From: Octopus sinensis
Taxonomy: Eukaryota
Reading direction: 5' to 3'
Assembly (NCBI RefSeq): GCF_006345805.1
Contig: NC_042998.1
Coordinates: 123,814,001 to 123,878,000 of the forward strand
Length of the DNA stretch: 64,000 nucleotides
The stretch's first letter is position 1; every line of letters begins with the position of its first letter. Position numbers and translations under genes: made by a program. Positions 56,682 through 64,000 of this stretch are shown in pieces. The notes beneath the pieces are model-generated. The model was not told the origin of the DNA, made no database searches, and saw nothing but the letters and a program-made list of their open reading frames with translations.

Positions 56682-57514
56682 TATATACATATATATATAC
56701 ACACATCCGTATCGATGTGTTTGTGTGTATTTGTGTGTGTGGCAGACAGAGAAAGGGAGAGAAATAGGCGGATATCTAACTAGCTAGCTGGGAAACCAAC
56801 TTGCGAGATAGACAGGCTGATAGATAAATTAACACAGAGAGAGTATTTGTGCGTGAGTCGCTGAACGTGTAAATTAAGCATCTTTGAATTTCCGATTGGA
56901 AACTTTAGTAACTTGTTTAATCATCCCCATTTTCTCGTTTGCTTCTTCATTTTGTAAACAGCTGTGAGATTATTTCGCGAAGAAACGCGTCATGAGAGTG
57001 ATGAGAATGAAGTGTGTCAGTTCCCCAGGTGGTATTATATTATTGTCAGCCCATTACTTTTGTAGAGGGAGAGAGAGAAATGGAGAGGGATGGAGAGAGA
57101 GAGAGCGATAGTAAAGGGGTGTTAATAAGAACAAACATCATTTATTCAACAATTAACATGGTGACCTTTCTCAATGAAAACTTTTTCGGATAACGAATGT
57201 TTAGCGTAATGAAATGACGTTATTTTACAAACATGAGCCCTCACTAACTAATTAGCTATTAAATTCTTAGTGATTAGCCGATAGTAAAGTGTCAGAACTT
57301 CAATTAGGTTCTTATTACAGGTCATGGTTGACAAAAGCGTTAATTTTCAATTTATCAAAGAGCATGTGTTATTGGAAACGGTAAATGTTTAAACTCTTAC
57401 ATCCGCGACACAACATGTAGTCGAAAATACTGAGAAAATGAGGTGAACTCAAAAGCATGAGAAAAGCCACCTCAAATGGTCATTAGCACGCAATACTTAT
57501 TCTCATGTATCATT

Positions 57515-57638
57515 CTCATCAGCAACACAACCACCACGATCACTACCTCTATCACCACCACTATCACCGCTACCAACATCACCACCATTACCACCACCAC
57601 CACCACCACCAACACTACTACCATTGCTGTTGCTGCTG

Positions 57639-57700
<62 letters not shown>

Positions 57701-57725
57701 GCTACTACTACTACTACTACTAATG

Positions 57726-57756
<31 letters not shown>

Positions 57757-57772
57757 CAACAACAACAACAAC

Positions 57773-57809
<37 letters not shown>
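57515..57809. repeat. Compound trinucleotide microsatellite (ACC)(TGC)(ACT)(AAT)(AAC)(AAT)
   Basis: Direct reading. Confidence 0.95.
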
Positions 57810-58390
57810 TGCCCAGATGCAGTACCAGGCAGTGGCTCTCATGGCTTCTGATCTTAACTGATTGGAAGTGTTATTATGTACATTGTTTGTCTTGGTATAA
57901 AAGATGGGCTACAGCAAATATTCTGCTCAATACCACAGATTTGCTTGTCAGTTGTTTGACCTTAATCAGTTGAGCATGTCCCTTAGTGGCTGACGATATG
58001 TGCATCTCTGATCCCGAGCAGAATTAGTGAGGTAGCAACATAACCATGTATTGAGAGAATTCTTTGGGATTTGAATAATTCACCTCTGGAAACATTGGTG
58101 TTTCGTTCAACATCCATAAACAAACCTTATTCAGGGACCTTTTGAGCGGAATGTGTAACTCGACCAGAAGAAAATTCTAAATGAGCCCCAACAGCAAGGT
58201 CATGCGCTGTTTATTTTGATATGAGATCACCATGTTGCGTACATATGGTTGTGATGCATGTACCTAGTGTACTCTTATCAGACAGGTAGTCATGATGGGT
58301 ATACTGGGCTTCGTATATTTTACCCCACTGTCACTTTGATGTCATGCACTGCTCTCTCACTCAATAATAATAATAATGATAATAATAATG

Positions 58391-58449
<59 letters not shown>
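57810..58449 (+). mobile_element. ~550-bp non-coding retroposon-like insert with (TAA)n tail (58361-58449)
   Basis: Sits between two (TAA)n tracts, ends ..GCACTGCTCTCTCACTC-AATAATAAT, no recognisable ORF. I recall it as an abundant octopus repeat but cannot verify. Confidence 0.5.
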
Positions 58450-58450
<1 letters not shown>

Positions 58451-58910
58451 CTTATTGATCGACATGAGCATCCCCTGTGATCATAATATCTCAGCGAAAG
58501 AGTTTGACAAGCTCAGAAAATATAAAGACCTACTCATTGAAATTGAGAAAATGTGGCATCTCAAGGCGGTTACAATACCAGTGATCGTAGGAGCACTAGG
58601 AATGATCAAGAAGGGAACCGAAAATTATATGAGAATGATCCCTGGCTTACCATCCCTGCAAGAAGTGCAAAAGATTGTCTTAACTGGTACATCACACGTA
58701 TTGAGAAGAGCATTGTCGATGTGAGAACTGTTGCTGCTCATGTATTTTAATTTAACTTAAAAAAGAAAAAAAAAATGAACGAACTATTGAGCCTACCAAT
58801 GTATACTATGAGTTTCTTTGCCCTAGGAGTCGGGAAGACACTCGGCAAGAAATGGAAGCAAATTTGAAAGAAGAAAAAAAAATAATAATATTAATAATAA
58901 TAATAAATAA
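58450..58910 (+). mobile_element. Heavily 5'-truncated R4/Dong-like LINE: RLE C-terminus, 3' UTR and (AAT)n tail
   Basis: Open 89-aa ORF 58455-58724 IDMSIPCD..KLRKYKDLLIEIEKMW..TIPVIVGALG..LRRALSM*. Confidence 0.88.
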
Positions 58911-59479
58911 CAGATAAGAGCTCCGCGCTGAATAACATCATGGATGTGCTACCCCGTGCTCTCCATTCAAAAATAAATTTAATCTAATAACATCGGTGGA
59001 ATGGGATAAATGAACATGTGGAAGACTGGAATGAAGCAACCCTTTAACGAAAATAATCACAAACAAAATTTTACTGCCACACAAAGCACAGTTTCTCCTA
59101 TGCACGATGTCTTAGTGCAACATGTGCGAAACATACACGCGAAATCAACATAGGAAACTTTACAAATTATAAAATATAAATGGAACAAAACAGTAAGTAC
59201 ATAGATTGATGAATTACACATACACTCGAATTTCTACACAATCATATATACATTTTAATACACATAGGACTACACATACATCACAATGCTTACACAACTA
59301 CGTGGAATTGACAGGACACACATACACGCATATGAAAACACGTGTCACAAACGAAGCAACAAAACAAAAACAAAACACTTTCTCTATTTTTCGAACTAAC
59401 ACAGAGTGAACAATTCATAAGTTTAAAACTCCACAAAAACCTTTGCCCGGAGATAAAGCTATCAAAAACAACAAAAATG

Positions 59480-62400
59480 TACAGACGAATATAGATCTGT
59501 TAGCCTTAAGAAGCTACGTTACGAGCAATGTTTTCATTCAGAGAACTCGGAGGCGGTGCTGATTCAAAAAAATTAACCCTAAACAGACAGATCCGTCCCC
59601 TAATGTCAACGTCCAAGCTCGTCGTGCCTCAATGATAAAAAAGCAAAATACAAAACGGATATTCAGTCACCAGGATCATCAAGGACCGCGTACTCGAATG
59701 ATGAACCAGGGTGGGTGCGAAAAATCAGATACTGGTTCAAGTCTTCCCGAAACACTACAGCAGGAAGTACTCCACAACCGGAATATTCCAACAAATGGCC
59801 GTCCATGCTCGTCATCAAATAGCCAAAAGAAAGAGAATGCAATATGGTCTAGGAGAAATGATAAAGAGGCTCTTATGGCCTTCTATCATGCCATGTATTT
59901 TCCCCAAAATAAATCTAATACTGTACAAAACTACTTAAACTGGAAGCAGAAACATCTTGAAGTAAGACTCCACATAGAGAGTAACAAATTTAGAACTTCA
60001 GAAGAAACATTATGGAAAAGAAATTACTAACTGAATTAGAGATTAACGAAATGAAACAATCAATAAGGGATAAAAGGAACGAAGTTGCAGCTAACGAAGA
60101 TGCTACAGAGTAAATAATTATAGAACAACCCAGGTGTCATGAAAATACAATAATGACTGAAAGAGTTAATGTAACTGATAAGCAAAGTGAAATACTCTCT
60201 GACACAACCATAAACACTAAGGCAGATGAAAATCAAATAGATGAAGAAAATCACACAGAAATTGACACAACAAAACTACATGATCTAAAAAATCAAATCA
60301 TGATTGAATGGCTGAAAAGTGAAGAAAACGGTATGAATGAACGCGACACTCTCCCCAAAATTTGCACTTCTAACCAAAATCTGAAACTCATTTGTAAATT
60401 CCACCTAGCACTTAAGGATAGAATTTCAGCTAATGATGTTGATATTACAGATCCCAGCCTCCTGTAATATGCATCTGCGAAAATCTCAACGGTTCTATGT
60501 GGTGAAAAGATGGGAAAACGTCAACATTCCCACAAAAATCATATTTGGCAAGAGCGTATTCAACACCAAATTCAGCTACTTTGGTGTACCTTAGGTTTGA
60601 CAAGACTATAATATGAAAAACCATACTTGATATCGATACCACCATAGAAACTCCCAAGCAAAAGGTATGTGCTAAAGCTGCCCGCATAGCAACATGTTCA
60701 AAAATAATACACAAAATTTTTACAGGAAGATACCAGTTACAGTAAAGTCTTTCCCATCAGAAGATGAAGTGCAGAAATTTTGAAATAAAATTTGGGCAGA
60801 AGAAAAAAACCCACACAATGAAAAAGCCCCTTGGATTGATAGAATATCTACTGACTTAGACTCATTAGAAAAGCAAATGGGGGAGGGTAACATGGTAGAG
60901 GATGTAAGATCTGCTCTCAGGAAACCACGCAAATGGAAGTCTCAAGGAAAGTTTAAAATTCATAACTTCTGGTTGAACGTTTTCCCAGAGAGCTATGAAC
61001 TGCTAACAAAACTTTACAACTATGTTTTCAAAAACCTAGTATGATTCCCTCTTGGCTAGATAACGGTGTAACATTCCTACTTCCAAAAATAAAGAAACAA
61101 ATGAACCAAAAAATATAGACCCATGACTAGCTTAACAACAATGTAGAAAATACTAATATCTATCTTGACTGAATATACCTTTGGTTTTTTAATAGAAAGT
61201 TACATATTTCCTAATGAGAATAAAGGATGAAAACTTGTGTCCAATGACTGTAAATATCAGCTACTCATCAATAAGTTGATCTTGATAGATTATCACAAAT
61301 GACACAAAAACTTGTGGATAGCCTGGATCGACTATAGAAATATTTGTTATAGTCTATCTCATAGCTGGATTAAGAAATGTCTGGAAATGTATAAAATAGC
61401 ACCTACTCTGCGAAACTTGTCTGTGAGTATGAGATCATGAACAATGAAACTCCCAATGCTGGGGATGTAAGAATTTCGTGTGGCATTTTCCAGAGTGACT
61501 CTCTCTCACCATTCCTCTTTTGTCTAACCTTAATGCCTTTCACGAAATTGCTCGATGATGTACAATACAGCTATGAAAGGTTTGATAAAAATATAAATCA
61601 TCTCATTTTACATGGATGATTTAAACCTCTGCAAAAATTGACCAACAACTACAGGGCTTACTAACTATTTTTAAACAATTCAGTGATGATATCAAGATGC
61701 AATTTGACCTCGATAAATATGCAAAAACCGACAAACGTCTAACGTTGATCTTGACCATCAGAATGTCATAAAGGAGTTAGAACCATCGGAGAGCTACAAA
61801 TACATAGGTTTATTTGAAGGGGAAGGAATCAAACATTCCGTGATGAGGAAAAGGGTCAGAAGAGAATGTCATCGCAGCGTAATGGCAATACTCAAGACAG
61901 GGCTGAATGCAAGAAACAGTATCGAAGTGATCAATACTATAGCCATACCGGTCGTGACTTATAGTTTCAATATCATTAACTGGGCAATTACTGAAATATG
62001 TAATCTTGATAGAAAAATACGAACATTGTTGACAATGCATAGAACGCACCACTCTAAGGCAGATATACAACGACTTTACCTGTCAAGAAAAGAGGATGAC
62101 CGTGGACTTTTAGAACTGGAATTAACAATGAAGATTGCCGCAATTGGTGTGGATACCTACCTGAAAAATATCCAATGACTGGATATTAAAACTTGTCTGA
62201 AAGCATGAAAACAATAAAGCATCATACTCAGTAACAAAACATGCAAAGGAATATCTAAGTGAATTCCAAATACAAACAATTCCAGGATTAGACGAATTAT
62301 AATCAAGCACAGAAAAAGCTAAGCTTATGAAAACCCATGGTAAAACTACTGCCTTAGATATTCTTACTGATAAATGACAAGAAAAACCTCTCAATGGCAA

Positions 62401-63019
62401 ATACCCAAACAGAGGTAATAGTGCTGATGCTGACAAAGCCCTTACCCATCATCGGTTAGTGTCTTCAGGCTTAAAATCAGAAACAGAAGGGCATATCATA
62501 ACAGTCCAAGATCAATGTAAACCTACATGGAACTACCAGGCCAGTATATTAAAGAACGGCAGTAGCCCAACATGTCGGGTATGTCAGCAACAAAATTAAA
62601 CCATTGATTATGTTGTCTCCATGTGCCGTTTTCTTGCGCCTACAGAGTACCTCAACAGGCATGATAGAGCCCACAATATATTTACTTGGTAATTTGCAAA
62701 AACCTGGACCTGCCCCATGATAAAAACTGGTGGGAACACAAACCACATCCAGTGCTTCAAAATAATCACATCTCACTCCTCTGGAACTTCACCATTCCAA
62801 CTGACAGAAAGATAGATGTAAATAGGCCATACGTTATATTGAATGACTCCAGGTAAAATCATTCCTCCTCATTGATATGACTGCCCCAATCGATATATAT
62901 GTATCTGTCAAGACCTACCAAAAACTGAGCAAGTATAAAGATCTTGAAATAGAAATTGGTAAAATGTGGAACCTCAAGACTAAAACAATACCTATTGTCA
63001 TACGTGCCCTAAGAATGAT
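59480..63019 (+). mobile_element. Long, decayed R4/Dong-like LINE (same family as 1299-3370), 3' end missing
   Basis: N-terminal region, RT (WIDY, GIFQSDSLSPFLF, HGDDL-like), CCHC and RHD at ~62570-62670, KYKDLEIEI. Many stops and frameshifts. Clearly alignable to the reverse complement of 1600-3360. Confidence 0.88.
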
Positions 63020-64000
63020 GTAAAATTTTTAGATATTGACTTAGATGTGGAATGAGATAAATTTAAACCCTGCCATAAGCCTAATGAAAAACTATATCAT
63101 ATTAAAAAAGAGCTAAATCATCAACCCGTTGTACTCAAGAATTTTGTTAGTAATATAGGAAGGCGCATATCATACGTATCCTCAGATGTGATAGCGTTTC
63201 AAAATTCCGCGCCGCATTATAACAATACGTTAAGGATTCTCGGAGAAGATCCAGTATAGTCAAAGCACTACTAGCAATAATAGAACTTGTAGAACTAAAG
63301 CTAGACAAGTTTTATGGTTTAATCCAGAATTTAACTTTGCAGTAAAAACTAATATAGGTAGAGAATTCTTGAAACTAATTTCTAGGTTCTTCGAAAAAAA
63401 AAACATTAAGTTCTAAAAAAAATTTAAATAAAAGAGCGCTTAAGATTAGCTATTCTTGTTGCAAGAGCTTTGCCTCTTTAATCAAACACCACTACACGAA
63501 AACTACTAGAAGCAACCACAGTGTCGAAAATAAACAGAAAAATTGAAATTGTAAAGGTCAAGGAAGCTGTCCGTTAGGAGGAATTTGTGTAGAGAAAGGA
63601 ATTGTTTATAGAGCTATACAAGAATACAAAACATATGCAGGAGCTTCGGAAAATTCCTTTCAGACTAGATTATATTTCCATCGAAATTCATTTCGATACC
63701 CCGAAAATAGGATAGCAATGAGTCTTGGCAAATATGTCTGTCATTTAAAAGAAAATGATACCTGTCCTTTCAATACCAGCTGGACGATCTTGGAAAAAAC
63801 TGCACATGGAAAATATAGACGCCCTATGAGGTGCAATTTGTGTCTGAGTGAAAATGTCTTCATCCTGTTCCAGGCTAAATGTGTATTGAACCAAAGACAG
63901 GAGCTTATGAATTCCTGCAGACATGCTACGAGATATACAATGTCGAGTGGTAAAATACGATAAGGATAATATTTGACTTTCGCATGTAGGACTAACTTTC
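63020..64000 (+). mobile_element. Penelope-like element 3' half: RT C-terminus and GIY-YIG endonuclease
   Basis: VKFLDIDL, FKPCHKPN; CPLGGICVEKGIVYRA..TYAG..FQTR..HRNSF; CNLCLSE..LNQRQELMNSCRH* (ORF 63718-63963). Confidence 0.85.

Overview
AT-rich, repeat-dominated eukaryotic DNA. The SINE families and the density of (TA)n/(CA)n/(TAA)n point to an Octopus-type cephalopod genome (inference). I found no host protein-coding gene I can support; almost all ORFs in the track are microsatellite translations or transposon fragments. Recognisable content: R4/Dong-like RLE LINEs (four pieces, most embedded in (TAA)n), Tx1/L1-like and CR1-like LINE fragments, Penelope-like (PLE) fragments, four mariner relics, one DUF4817-type Tc1/mariner relic, an intron-containing Tc1, pogo/Tigger pieces, a non-autonomous Helitron, many SINEs and a tRNA-Asn-like sequence. 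The most notable signal, invisible to the ORF track, is five minimal type I hammerhead ribozyme folds (27130-27202 +, 41388-41446 -, 46708-46753 -, 47184-47229 -, 52273-52353 +). Two of them lie exactly 476 nt apart in a near-identical tandem unit inside (TA)n, an architecture resembling a PLE pLTR or retrozyme that could release a self-cleaved monomer RNA. All family assignments come from motif recognition by eye, not database searches; element boundaries are approximate unless TIR/TSD bases are quoted.
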